Shown here: piece by piece, positions 32,705-42,527 of the stretch
How positions within the stretch are numbered: the first letter of the stretch is position 1
How the letters are laid out: each line of letters opens with the position of its first letter
Assembly: GCA_965227515.1 (NCBI GenBank)
Contig: CBDDFZ010000001.1
Location: 896,001-960,000, forward strand
Source: Alphaproteobacteria bacterium
GTDB taxonomy: Bacteria; Pseudomonadota; Alphaproteobacteria; CALKHQ01
Reading direction: 5' to 3'
Length of the DNA: 64,000 nucleotides
Notes under the pieces: model-generated
What the model saw: only the letters and a program-made list of their open reading frames with translations
The model's database searches: none
Told to the model about the DNA's origin: nothing
Position numbers and translations under genes: made by a program

Positions 32705-34489
32705 CTAACCCCCAAGCGGCCAGACGATCACGATCAGCGGCACCGCCACGGCGACGATCAGGATTTCCAGCGGCAGGCCCATCCGCCAATAATCGCCGAA
32801 GCGATAGCCGCCCGGCCCCATGACCAGGACGTTGTTCTGGTGGCCGATCGGGGTCAGGAAGGCGCACGACGCGCCGATCGCCACCGCCATCAGGAACGGG
32901 TCTGGGCTGACGCCCAGCGCAATCGCGATCTGCGCGGAGATCGGCGCCATCACCACCGCCGTGGCGGCATTGTTCATGATGTCCGACAAGGTCATCGTCA
33001 CCACCAGCACGATGGCCAGGATGATCACCGGGTCCAGCGCCGCCCCCACGTCCAGCACCAGGCCGGCGATCAACGCGGTGCCGCCGGTCGCCTCCAGGGC
33101 GCCGCCGAGCGGGATCATGGTCGCCAGCAGCGCGATCACCGGCCAGTCGATGGACTGGTACATGGCGCGCGGCGTGATCGTGCCGCTGACCACCATCACG
33201 CCCACGGCGAGCGCGAACGCGACCGCTGCCGTGGTGACCCCTGCCGCCGTCAGCGCGATGGCGCCGATGAAGATCGCCAGCGGCAGCCAGATGTTGCGAT
33301 TTGCCGTCAGCGACAGGGCGCGGGTGGCGAGCGGCAGGCACCCCATCTCGCGCGCGACATCCGGCAGCGCGTCAAGCTCGCCCTGCACCAGCAGCACGTC
33401 GCCGGCGACGAACGGCACCTCGCCCAGCCGGCGCTTGATCGGCCGCCCCTCGCGCGCGATTGCCAGCAGGTTGGCGCCATAGCGGCGGCGGAAATGCAGG
33501 CGGGCCGCCGAGCGGTTCTCCACCGCGGCGCCCGGCTGCACCACCATCTCCATCAGGCCGACGTCCTCGGAACGCAGGTCCTGGGTGTCGAAGTCGGCGC
33601 GGCCGACGAAGTCGATGCCCGTCTTGCCGACCAGGTTCTTCAGATCCGCCGGGTCGCCGCGCACGATGACGATGTCGCCCTGGGCGATCTCCATCATGCG
33701 CAGGCTGGAATAGAAGCGCGCGTGGCCGCGAATGATGCCGACCACCGCGACCGTGTCGCCATGGTCCTTTTCCAAGTCGCGCACAGTGGTGCCGATCAGC
33801 TTGGCGCCTTCGCCGATCTTCAACTCGGTCATGTAGTCGCGAATCTCGAACGCCTCTTCCGCCGATTGCCGGCCGCGCCGGTCGGTGGGCACCAGGCGCC
33901 AGCCGATCAGCACGACGAAGATGACGCCGGCAATGGCGACCAGCGCGCCGACGGGCGAGTAGTCGAACATCGAAAACGGCTCGCCGGCCGCGCCCGCGCG
34001 GTAGTTGGCGACGATGATGTTGGGCGGCGTGCCGATCTGGGTGGTCAGCCCGCCCAGGATGGTGCCGAACGACAGCGGCATCAGGATGTGGGAGGGCGAC
34101 TGGCCGTTGGCGCGGGCGTTGCGCAGGGCCAGCGGCATCAACAGCGCCAGCGCGCCGACATTGTTCATAAAGCCGGAAATGAGGGCGCCGACCCCGGTCA
34201 TCAGCGCGATGTGAACCATCGTGTTGCCGGTCAGCCCGGCCAGCCGGGCGGCCACGATGTCGAGCAGGCCGGAATTCTGCAGCGCCTGGCTGATCACCAG
34301 CACGGCGGCGACGGTGATGACGGCGGGGTGGCCGAAGCCGGAGAACGCGTCGCCCGCCGGCACCACGCCGGCCAGGGTCGCGGTCAGCAGCGCGCCGCAA
34401 GCCACGATGTCGTACCGGAACCGTCCCCAGACGAACAGAACCAGGGCGATACCCAGCACGGCGAAGATGATGATCTGTTCGGTTGTCAT
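32705..34489 (-). CDS. SLC13-family permease with TrkA-C domains
   Basis: 'FSGFGHPAVITV', 'GFMNN', 'IGTPPN', 'FLTPIGHQNN.LVMGPGGYRFGDY'. Confidence 0.9.
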   Translation of the reverse strand: MTTEQIIIFAVLGIALVLFVWGRFRYDIVACGALLTATLAGVVPAGDAFSGFGHPAVITVAAVLVISQALQNSGLLDIVAARLAGLTGNTMVHIALMTGVGALISGFMNNVGALALLMPLALRNARANGQSPSHILMPLSFGTILGGLTTQIGTPPNIIVANYRAGAAGEPFSMFDYSPVGALVAIAGVIFVVLIGWRLVPTDRRGRQSAEEAFEIRDYMTELKIGEGAKLIGTTVRDLEKDHGDTVAVVGIIRGHARFYSSLRMMEIAQGDIVIVRGDPADLKNLVGKTGIDFVGRADFDTQDLRSEDVGLMEMVVQPGAAVENRSAARLHFRRRYGANLLAIAREGRPIKRRLGEVPFVAGDVLLVQGELDALPDVAREMGCLPLATRALSLTANRNIWLPLAIFIGAIALTAAGVTTAAVAFALAVGVMVVSGTITPRAMYQSIDWPVIALLATMIPLGGALEATGGTALIAGLVLDVGAALDPVIILAIVLVVTMTLSDIMNNAATAVVMAPISAQIAIALGVSPDPFLMAVAIGASCAFLTPIGHQNNVLVMGPGGYRFGDYWRMGLPLEILIVAVAVPLIVIVWPLGG

Positions 34490-34601
34490 GCCTGCTCGCC
34501 GTGCTCAATCCTATGTCGCCGGCATTTTCACGGCCGGCATTTTCATTGCCATTGGGGCGCCCTACTATGGCGGGGGGCGAGGCCAAGCGAAAGCAGGTGA
34601 C

Positions 34602-35372
34602 ATGGCGAAATTGGAAGTCCACCAGGTTCCGGTGCTCAGCGACAACTACGTCTATCTGGCGCACGACCCGGAGACCGGCGACACCGCGGTCATCGACCCG
34701 GCGGTCGCCGAACCGGTGATGCAGGCGGCGGACGCGAAGGGGTGGCGGATCACCCACATCCTGAACACCCACCACCACAACGACCATGTCGGCGGCAACA
34801 TGACGATCCAGGCCGCGACCGGCTGCACCATCGTCGGACCGCGCGCCGACGAGGCCCGCATCCCCGGCATCCAGGTCGCGGTCGGCGACGGCGACACCTA
34901 TGCGCTGGGCAGCCAGGTGGCGCAGGTGTTCGACGTGCCCGGCCATACCCGCGGCCACATCGCCTACTGGTTCGCGGACAGCGACGTGCTGTTCTGCGGC
35001 GACACCCTGTTCGCGCTGGGCTGCGGACGCCTGTTCGAGGGCAGCCCCAAGCAGATGTGGCATTCGCTCGGCAAGCTGCGCGACCTGCCGGGTTCGGCCA
35101 AGGTCTATTGCGCGCACGAATACACCCAGGCCAATGCGCGCTTCGCGCTGACCGTCGAGCCGGAGAACGAGGCCCTGGTGGACCGCGCGCGCGCGATCGA
35201 CGGCCTGCGCCGCGAGGGGCAGCCGACGGTGCCGTCGACCCTGGCCGAGGAGCGCGAGACCAACCCGTTCCTGCGCGCCGACGCGCCAGAGCTGGCCGCC
35301 GCCATCGGCATGGCCGGCGCCGATCCGGTCAGCGTGTTCGCCGAGGTCCGCGCCCGCAAGGACCAGTTCTAG
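34602..35372 (+). CDS. gloB: Hydroxyacylglutathione hydrolase (glyoxalase II)
   Basis: 'DNYVYL', 'THHHNDHVGG', 'PGHTRGH', 'GDTLFALGCGRLFEG', 'CAHEYT', 'TNPFLR'. Confidence 0.93.
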   Translation: MAKLEVHQVPVLSDNYVYLAHDPETGDTAVIDPAVAEPVMQAADAKGWRITHILNTHHHNDHVGGNMTIQAATGCTIVGPRADEARIPGIQVAVGDGDTYALGSQVAQVFDVPGHTRGHIAYWFADSDVLFCGDTLFALGCGRLFEGSPKQMWHSLGKLRDLPGSAKVYCAHEYTQANARFALTVEPENEALVDRARAIDGLRREGQPTVPSTLAEERETNPFLRADAPELAAAIGMAGADPVSVFAEVRARKDQF

Positions 35373-35382
35373 AGTTCTTTGT

Positions 35383-35491
35383 ATTCAAGTCGGCACCGGC
35401 CCTCTCCCCCACCCGGGCACCCAGACAGCATACTTTCGTTGGGCGGCCGGGTGGGGGAGAGGGCCGGCGCAGACTTCAGCGCAAGCTGATC
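35383..35491. repeat. Palindromic repeat family B, copy 2
   Basis: Near-identical core to 24678-24784 with swapped flanks. Confidence 0.85.
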
Positions 35492-35523
35492 GAAAAATCA
35501 TCCCACCTTACCCGGAGTACCCA

Positions 35524-36141
35524 ATGAAGCTGTTCTATAGCGCGACCTCTCCGTTCGTGCGCATTGTCATGGTCACTGCCCACGAGCTTGGCCTGGTCGA
35601 CCGGATCACGTTGCAGCCGGTCTCCGCGACACCGGTCGACCCGCCGGCGGAGCTGCTGGCGGTCAATCCGCTGGCCAAGGTGCCGACCCTGGTCACCGAC
35701 GACGGTCTGGCGCTCTACGATTCGCGGGTGATCTGCGGCTATCTGGACGGGTTGGCTGGCGACAAGGCCCTGATGCCGCCGGAAGGCCCGGGGCAGCGCA
35801 CCACCGAGCAGCGGATCGCGCTCGCCAACGGCATCCTCGATGCCGCGGTGCTCTCGATCTACGAGAAGCGTTTCCGGTCGGCGGAACAGCAGTCCGGCGC
35901 CTGGCTTGCCGGCCAGCGCCGCAAGATCGACAGCGCGCTGGATGCCCTGAATGTCCAGGCGGAGGGTTGGCAGGACGCCCGGTTCGGCCTCGACAAGATC
36001 GCGGTGGCCTGCGCGCTCGGCTACCTGGACTTCCGCTTCGGCGATGCGGACTGGCGCAACGGGCGGCCCGCCCTGGCGCAGTGGTACGGCCAGGTTTCCG
36101 AACGGCCGTCGATGACCGCGACCGTGCCGTCGGACGCCTGA
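35524..36141 (+). CDS. Glutathione S-transferase family protein
   Basis: 'SPFVR', 'NPLAKVPTL', 'LYDSRVIC.YLD', 'ACALGYLDFR'. Confidence 0.9.
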   Translation: MKLFYSATSPFVRIVMVTAHELGLVDRITLQPVSATPVDPPAELLAVNPLAKVPTLVTDDGLALYDSRVICGYLDGLAGDKALMPPEGPGQRTTEQRIALANGILDAAVLSIYEKRFRSAEQQSGAWLAGQRRKIDSALDALNVQAEGWQDARFGLDKIAVACALGYLDFRFGDADWRNGRPALAQWYGQVSERPSMTATVPSDA

Positions 36142-36427
36142 GTATCGCCCCATTTTTCTCCCAACGTGCGCGGCGCTCGGGGCACGTGTTCACACTGGTG
36201 TGACGGCGCGGTGCCGCAGCCTTGCTGCAAACCCCCTTGGCAGCGGCACCGGGTCGCCATTATTAAGGCGTATTCATATTTTATGTTCGCATTCATAGGC
36301 GCATGAATTTGCGGGGGCCGTGGCGTCTAACGTCTTGACGCGGCACCGGAATTGACGATCCAAGTCACCTGACGCATTCTGGGGGCCGTTCGGCCGGCGA
36401 AAATGTGTCGGGTTCGCGCGTAATCGA

Positions 36428-39400
36428 GTGGGGAACATGGTGGCCGTCATGAGACCGTTGTTCGCTGGAACACTGCTCCTGATTGTCTGGTGCCTTGGCA
36501 CGACCGGCATATATGCCGACGATCGCGGTGCCACGCGCCAGAATGAAGAGCTTGGGCCGGAGCGTCGTGTCGCGCTGGTCATCGGCAACAGCGACTACGA
36601 GCACACCGCCCGGCTGGCCAATCCCATCAACGACGCCGAGGCGATGGGCGATTCGCTGACCGAGCTTGGATTCGAGGTCTACCTGGGCATCGATCTCGAC
36701 AAACAGGCCTTCGACGCCCTGATCTACCAGTTCATCATTGCGCTCGACGATGCGGATGTCGGGCTGTTCTTTTACGCCGGCCACGGGCTGCAGGTGGACG
36801 ACATCAACTATCTGGTGCCCGTTGACGCGCGCCTGGAGCACGAGGCTGACCTGTTCTACCAAGTGGTCCGCGCCAACGACATCGTCGCCCAGCTTTCCCG
36901 CCCGGACTTCATGGGCCTGGTGTTCCTGGATGCCTGCCGCAACAATCCGCTTGCGCGCAGCCTGACGACCACATCGCGCAGCGTCGGCCGCGGCCTGGCC
37001 GAAATGCGGACCAGTGCCTCCGGCACCCTGATCGTCTATGCCACCGCGGCCGGCGAGGTCGCCTACGACGGCGACGGCGACCACAGCCCGTTCACCCAGG
37101 CCCTGCTGAACAACATCAACGAGCCCAATCTGGACGTCCGCCTGATGCTGGACGACGTCGCCGCCGAGATGCGCGAGGTCACCGACGGCGCCCAGACGCC
37201 GTGGGTGCACTATGCGCCGACCGGCAACTCGTTCCAGTTCAATCCGCAGGTCCAGGTTGTCGAGAACCCGGAGACCGATGGGCCGCCGGAGATCGACGGC
37301 GCCCAGGTGGCCGTCTACGACGCGCAAGCCGCGATCCAGCTCTACGTGCAAGCGACCACGGCCACCGATCTGGAATTGCAGCGCGTGCTGCTGGAGCAGT
37401 TCATCGCGACCTATCCGGAGCATCCGCTGGCCATTCCGGTGGCGCAGAAGCTGACCGAGGTGATCCAGGCGATCGAGGCGGCGCGTGCCGCCGTGCCGGA
37501 CCCCGACCGCGACAATCCCCCCGCGGGTGATGTCAATAATCCGCCGGTGGTCGCCCCGACCCGCACCCTGGAGCTGGATGCCGACGCCGGCGAGGCCGAG
37601 CTTGGCATCGACAAGCCCTCCGACGAGGATGGCGACGATCTCGTCATCACGGTTCTGGAGCTGCCGCGGGCCGGCGACGTGCTCTCGCGCGGCATCGCCG
37701 TGGCGGTGGACCAGGAACTGTCGCTTCTGCAGCTCGGCGCGCTGACCTACGTGCCGGACCCCGAGTTCCAGGGCTCGGCGGGCGTGTTCCGCTACAGCGT
37801 CGACGACGGCAACGAGGATGGCGTCGTCGAGGGCCTGCTGCGGATCAGCCTGCGTGCGCCCAACCAGTCGCCGATCATTCCCGACGTGCTGCGCGTGAAC
37901 GTGCCGATCGATGCCGAGACGCACCCGCTGCGCATCCCGGCGCCCATCGACCCGGACAACGATGTCCTGACGCTGCGGACGACGTGGCTGCCCAACAGCG
38001 GCACCATCGAGATGAACGGGCGCCCCATCGGCCGCTTCGAGGAACTGACCATCTATCAGCTCACCGCGCTGACCTATCGCCCGGATGGCGAGGCCACCGG
38101 TCAGGTCGGCTCGTTCGAGTACGAGGTCAGCGACGAGCGCGGCGGTGTGGTGCGCGGCATCGTGCGCATCACCATCGTCACCCCGAACCTGCCGCCGGTG
38201 CTGGCCGACCAGCGCTTCGTGGAAGTGACAGCCAGTGCCGAGGGTGCGCCGCTGGAGCTGTCGCTGCCGACCGATCCGGAAGGCGACGCGCTGTTCTTCC
38301 GCATCACCTGGCTGCCCAGCCGTGGCGAGGTCCATCTTGGCGCGCAGGCCCTGAGCATTGGCGACACGCTGACCGCGCGCGATTTCGGCCGGCTGGTCTA
38401 TGTGGCGGCGGCCGGGCATTCCGGCGACGCCGGCTCGTTCGAGTTCGAAGTCACCGACGAGACCAACGATCCGGTGCGCGGCATGGTGCGCATCACCGTG
38501 GTGGCGCCGGACCAGCCGCCGCAGGTGGTGGAGAACCAGGCCGTCGTGGTGCAGGCTTCGGCCGGGGCCGCGTCGCTGGTGTTCGACGCGCCGTCCGACA
38601 GCGGCGACGACAGCTTCGAGGTGACGATCCTGGAGCTGCCCTATCGCGGCACCGTGACCCTGGGCAACCGCCCGCTGCGGGTGGGCGACACCATTCCCGG
38701 CGACGAGTTCGCGCAACTGCGCTACGAGCCGTCGGCCGGCCATGTCGGCGATGCCGGCATCCTGCGCTATGCCGCGGCCGACGCGTCCCATTCCCCCGTC
38801 GTCGGCGAGGTCGCCATCGCGGTGGAGAGCGACAACCGTGCGCCGTGGGTGCCGGAGTTCCGCGAGATTTCGGTGCCGTCCGGGACCGCCACCAATCTGG
38901 GGCTGAGCCTGCCCACGGATCCGGACAACGATCCGATGACCGTGCGCATCCTGCAGCTGCCCTCGCCCGGCGAGATGCTGCTGAACGGCGGCGTGGTCCG
39001 GGTTGGCGACGAATTCGCCCACCGCGAGCTGGCGGCGCTGGAGTTCCGCGCCACCGCCGTGGACCTGGCATCCAGCCGGTTCAGCTATGAGGTCGACGAC
39101 GGCCGCGGCGGCGTGGTGCCGGCCAGCGTCTCGCTGTCGGTCGAGCCGGTCGCGAACGCCCTGGCCAGCGGCCCGCTGCCGTCGGACCCCGGCGGCACCT
39201 TGGCCGATGCCCTGGACATCGGGTCGATCGACGGCCAGGACCTGGAATACACTGGCAGCGTCGATGCGCTGGATGTGGACGACTACCTGCGGTTCGAGAT
39301 CGGCAGCTGGTCGGCCGTCGAGATCGAGATCGACGGCCTGGAGGATGACGCCGACCTGATCGTGTGGACCGAAGACGAGCGGGTGGCCGGTTCGTCGGAG

Positions 39401-40873
39401 TTCATCGGCCAGGAAGCCGAGGAGGTGCAGCAGATCCTGCCGCCTGGCGTCTACTACATCCACATTCTGGGCTACGAAGGCGCGGTCACGCCCTACGTGC
39501 TGAGCGTCTCGGCGGAGCGTGCCAACCAGCCGCCGGCCGACACCATCGGCAACAGCGCCGCCAACGCCGCGCCCTTGGGCACCGTCACGGCGACCAACGT
39601 GCTGCAGCGGAGCGAGCGGCTGGACCTGATGGACGAGGAGGATTGGTATTCCTTCACCATCTCCCAGGGCATGACCGTGCTGGTGCAGACCACCGGGCTG
39701 AGCCAGGACATGGACCTGGAGCTCTATGACGCCAACGTCAATTTCCTGCAGTCGAGCAACGAGGGCGGCTATCGCGACGAAGCCATCGCGATGCGCCTGG
39801 AGCCGGGTACGTATTACGCGAGGGTCTATGTCTACTCCGGCCAGTCCGACTACACGGTCAGCGTGCAGCAGACGCGCGACGACCTGGCCGGCAACGATCT
39901 GGACACCGCCACCAATCTCGGCGTGGTGACCGGGCAGGTCGTGCGGTCCGACTGGGTCGGCGCCGGCGACCAGAACGACTACTACGCGTTCCGCCTCAAC
40001 GGCGACAGCGACCTGACGCTTTCGCTGACCGGTCTCGCCGGCGATGCCGACATGGATCTGATGAACGGCATTGGCGAGATCCTGTTCAGCTCGACCAATG
40101 TGGAGCTGGCGGACGAGTACATCGAGGCGTCGTTGCAGGCCGGCGACTATTACGTCCGGGTGCTGCCCTATGAGGGCGAGACCGAGTACCAGCTGACCGT
40201 GGACGTGAGCCGGGCCGAAACGCTGGCCGAGCTGCAGGCATGGGAACAGGGCTGGAGCCAGGAGGAGCGCCGTGTCGTGCAGCGCGCCCTTGCGCTGCTG
40301 GGCCACTATGACAGCACCATCGACGGCATTTTCGGTGGCGGCACGCGGGCGGCGATCGAGGCCTACCAAGTCAGCATCGGTGCCACCAACGTCACCGGTT
40401 ATCTGTCGCGCAACCAGCGCATCAGCCTGTCGGTGGATGCCGCCGACGCGGCCATGGCCTTGGCCGAGGCCGCGGCCGTGAACGCGCGCTCCGCGGCATC
40501 GGCACCGGGCGCGTCGTACGACGAATACAACGGCGGCGACACCTATGAGGGCGATCGCGGCCGGGTCGGCTTCGGCGTCTACACCTGGTCGGCGGGGCAC
40601 ACCTACGCCGGCGAATGGGACGGGTCGCGCGACGGCTATGGCGTGCTCGATATGGTGCAGGGCGCATGGTACGGCGGCCAGTGGGCGGAATCGGTCTTCA
40701 CTGGCTTCGGCGTGGTGATCAGCCCGGACGGCGACCGCATGGCCGGCGAGTGGCACATGCCGCCGAGCGCCGATCTCGACACCGGCATGAACGGCGTCGG
40801 CATCATTCAATACGCCGACGGGTCGGTGGAATCCGGCGTGTTCCGCGACGGCGTGCTGGTGGAGCCGTTCTAA
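36428..40873 (+). CDS. Secreted caspase-family (peptidase C14) multidomain protein
   Basis: 'RVALVIGN..Y', 'FFYAGHG', 'LDACRNNP'; then about 5 Ig/cadherin-like repeats, 3 PPC-like repeats, a PG-binding motif 'DGIFGGGTRAAI', and MORN-like repeats. Confidence 0.85.
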   Translation: MGNMVAVMRPLFAGTLLLIVWCLGTTGIYADDRGATRQNEELGPERRVALVIGNSDYEHTARLANPINDAEAMGDSLTELGFEVYLGIDLDKQAFDALIYQFIIALDDADVGLFFYAGHGLQVDDINYLVPVDARLEHEADLFYQVVRANDIVAQLSRPDFMGLVFLDACRNNPLARSLTTTSRSVGRGLAEMRTSASGTLIVYATAAGEVAYDGDGDHSPFTQALLNNINEPNLDVRLMLDDVAAEMREVTDGAQTPWVHYAPTGNSFQFNPQVQVVENPETDGPPEIDGAQVAVYDAQAAIQLYVQATTATDLELQRVLLEQFIATYPEHPLAIPVAQKLTEVIQAIEAARAAVPDPDRDNPPAGDVNNPPVVAPTRTLELDADAGEAELGIDKPSDEDGDDLVITVLELPRAGDVLSRGIAVAVDQELSLLQLGALTYVPDPEFQGSAGVFRYSVDDGNEDGVVEGLLRISLRAPNQSPIIPDVLRVNVPIDAETHPLRIPAPIDPDNDVLTLRTTWLPNSGTIEMNGRPIGRFEELTIYQLTALTYRPDGEATGQVGSFEYEVSDERGGVVRGIVRITIVTPNLPPVLADQRFVEVTASAEGAPLELSLPTDPEGDALFFRITWLPSRGEVHLGAQALSIGDTLTARDFGRLVYVAAAGHSGDAGSFEFEVTDETNDPVRGMVRITVVAPDQPPQVVENQAVVVQASAGAASLVFDAPSDSGDDSFEVTILELPYRGTVTLGNRPLRVGDTIPGDEFAQLRYEPSAGHVGDAGILRYAAADASHSPVVGEVAIAVESDNRAPWVPEFREISVPSGTATNLGLSLPTDPDNDPMTVRILQLPSPGEMLLNGGVVRVGDEFAHRELAALEFRATAVDLASSRFSYEVDDGRGGVVPASVSLSVEPVANALASGPLPSDPGGTLADALDIGSIDGQDLEYTGSVDALDVDDYLRFEIGSWSAVEIEIDGLEDDADLIVWTEDERVAGSSEFIGQEAEEVQQILPPGVYYIHILGYEGAVTPYVLSVSAERANQPPADTIGNSAANAAPLGTVTATNVLQRSERLDLMDEEDWYSFTISQGMTVLVQTTGLSQDMDLELYDANVNFLQSSNEGGYRDEAIAMRLEPGTYYARVYVYSGQSDYTVSVQQTRDDLAGNDLDTATNLGVVTGQVVRSDWVGAGDQNDYYAFRLNGDSDLTLSLTGLAGDADMDLMNGIGEILFSSTNVELADEYIEASLQAGDYYVRVLPYEGETEYQLTVDVSRAETLAELQAWEQGWSQEERRVVQRALALLGHYDSTIDGIFGGGTRAAIEAYQVSIGATNVTGYLSRNQRISLSVDAADAAMALAEAAAVNARSAASAPGASYDEYNGGDTYEGDRGRVGFGVYTWSAGHTYAGEWDGSRDGYGVLDMVQGAWYGGQWAESVFTGFGVVISPDGDRMAGEWHMPPSADLDTGMNGVGIIQYADGSVESGVFRDGVLVEPF

Positions 40874-40883
40874 GATAGAGCGG

Positions 40884-40931
40884 GATCAGCTTGCGCTGAG
40901 TCCGCGCCAGCCCTTTCCCCCACCCGGCGCG
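40884..40931. repeat. Partial family B repeat
   Basis: gatcagcttgcgctgagtccgcgccagccctttccccacccggc. Confidence 0.65.
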
Positions 40932-41142
40932 CTGCCCGGGCAGGTTGGTGGGCGATGTGCCGGTTGCGCCGTGGCAATGTATCAACGTACTTGCATATGC
41001 ACGCCGATGTATAAAGGTGCCACGGTCGATTCGCCCCGTGCGCGGCGTCACGGCGGTGGGCATGTCGTTTGCCGCCCGCCAAGTGCCGCCGTCCAACGGG
41101 AGATGCCGACCGGCGACGCACGCCACTGACCGGGACAGCTTG

Positions 41143-42393
41143 ATGACCGTTCGATTCGCAGACAGCACACTGGCCGCGGCAGTGCTGGCCGCGACACTCT
41201 GGGTGGGATCGGGCACGGCCTTCGCCGACCTCGAATCCGGGCTCGCCGCCGCCGAGCAGGGCGACTATGCCACCGCCTATCTTGAGCTGAAGCCGCTTGC
41301 CGACGAGGGCGATTCCACCGCCCAGTACAACATCGGCGTCATGTTCCAGCGCGGCCTGTATGTGCGCCAGGACGTAGTCCGCGCGGCGGAGTTCTATCAG
41401 GCCGCGGCCGAGCAGGGCCATCCGATCGCCCAGTACAATCTGGGCCTGCTGGCCGAGCAGGGGCTGGGCATCGAGCAGGACTACGAGCTTGCCCGCCGGC
41501 TCTATGAGGCGTCCGCCGCCGAAGGCTGGCCGCACTCGCTGATCAACCTCGGCCGCCTCTACGCCAATGGCTATGGCGTGGAGCAGGACATGCAGGAGGC
41601 CCTGCGGCTCTATCGCGAGGCCGCCGACGAATACGACCTGCCGTCGGCCCAGTTCAACATCGGCCAGCTCTACGAGCGGGGCCGTGGCGTGCCGGAGGAC
41701 CTGGCGGAAGCCGCGCGCTGGTATGCGCTGGCGGCGGAGCAGGGCTTCCCCCGCGCGCAGCTCAATCTGGGCAAGCTGTTCCTCAACGGCGTCGGCGTCG
41801 AACAGGACCTGGACCGGGCCATGGAGCTGTTCCAGGCCGCCGCCGCCCAGGGCGACGGCGCCGCCATGTACAACATCGGCTACATGTACCACGAGGGGTT
41901 GGGCGTCGACCGCGATCCGTCCGAGGCCGCCAAGTGGTACGAGCAGGCGGCCACCGCCGGCAGTGCCGCCGCCGCCAGCCATCTCGCCTATCTCTACGAG
42001 GTCGGCGAAGGCGTGGAGCAGAACACCGAGACGGCGCTGTTTCTGTATGCGCGCGCGGCCGAGGCCGGCGACCCGGTCGCCCAGTACAATCTGGGCCGCA
42101 TCTTCGCGGTCGGCGAGCTGGTGGAGCAGAACCTCGACCGGGCGTTCGAGTTCTACATGGAGTCCGCGCAGCAGGGCGAGCCGTTGGCGCTCTATAGCCT
42201 GGCGCTGATGTACGAGACCGGCAGCGGCGTCGAGCAGAACCTGCAGCACGCCATCCAGCTTCTCAACCTGGCCGCCATGCGCGGCCTGCCGGAAGCCGAA
42301 GCGAAGCTGGAGGAACTGGGTGGGGTCGCCGGCGACGCCGACGAGAACATGGACCTCACCGCCCCCGAAGGCGGATCTGACGGGGACGGGTGA
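41143..42393 (+). CDS. Secreted Sel1-repeat protein
   Basis: About 9 'AQYNLG..Y..G.GVEQD...A...Y..AAEQG' repeats; signal peptide. Confidence 0.9.
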   Translation: MTVRFADSTLAAAVLAATLWVGSGTAFADLESGLAAAEQGDYATAYLELKPLADEGDSTAQYNIGVMFQRGLYVRQDVVRAAEFYQAAAEQGHPIAQYNLGLLAEQGLGIEQDYELARRLYEASAAEGWPHSLINLGRLYANGYGVEQDMQEALRLYREAADEYDLPSAQFNIGQLYERGRGVPEDLAEAARWYALAAEQGFPRAQLNLGKLFLNGVGVEQDLDRAMELFQAAAAQGDGAAMYNIGYMYHEGLGVDRDPSEAAKWYEQAATAGSAAAASHLAYLYEVGEGVEQNTETALFLYARAAEAGDPVAQYNLGRIFAVGELVEQNLDRAFEFYMESAQQGEPLALYSLALMYETGSGVEQNLQHAIQLLNLAAMRGLPEAEAKLEELGGVAGDADENMDLTAPEGGSDGDG

Positions 42394-42482
42394 TTAATTC
42401 GGGGACAGTTTACTAATCATCATATCGGCCTGTAGGGGTCGAAGATTCTCAGGCAATAATTAGTAAACTGTCCCCGAATTAA
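42394..42482. repeat. Perfect 24-bp inverted repeat element (MITE/REPIN-like)
   Basis: ttaattcggggacagtttactaat (42394-42417) / attagtaaactgtccccgaattaa (42459-42482). Confidence 0.85.
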
Positions 42483-42527
42483 CGGCAGTTGCCCGAACTG
42501 ATACGCTCGAAATGACGCCGGGATGCC

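Noticed and set aside
36365-40810. 1481-aa antisense ORF opposite the caspase gene
   Set aside because: Shadow frame typical of high-GC coding DNA; no recognisable motifs; equal length judged coincidental
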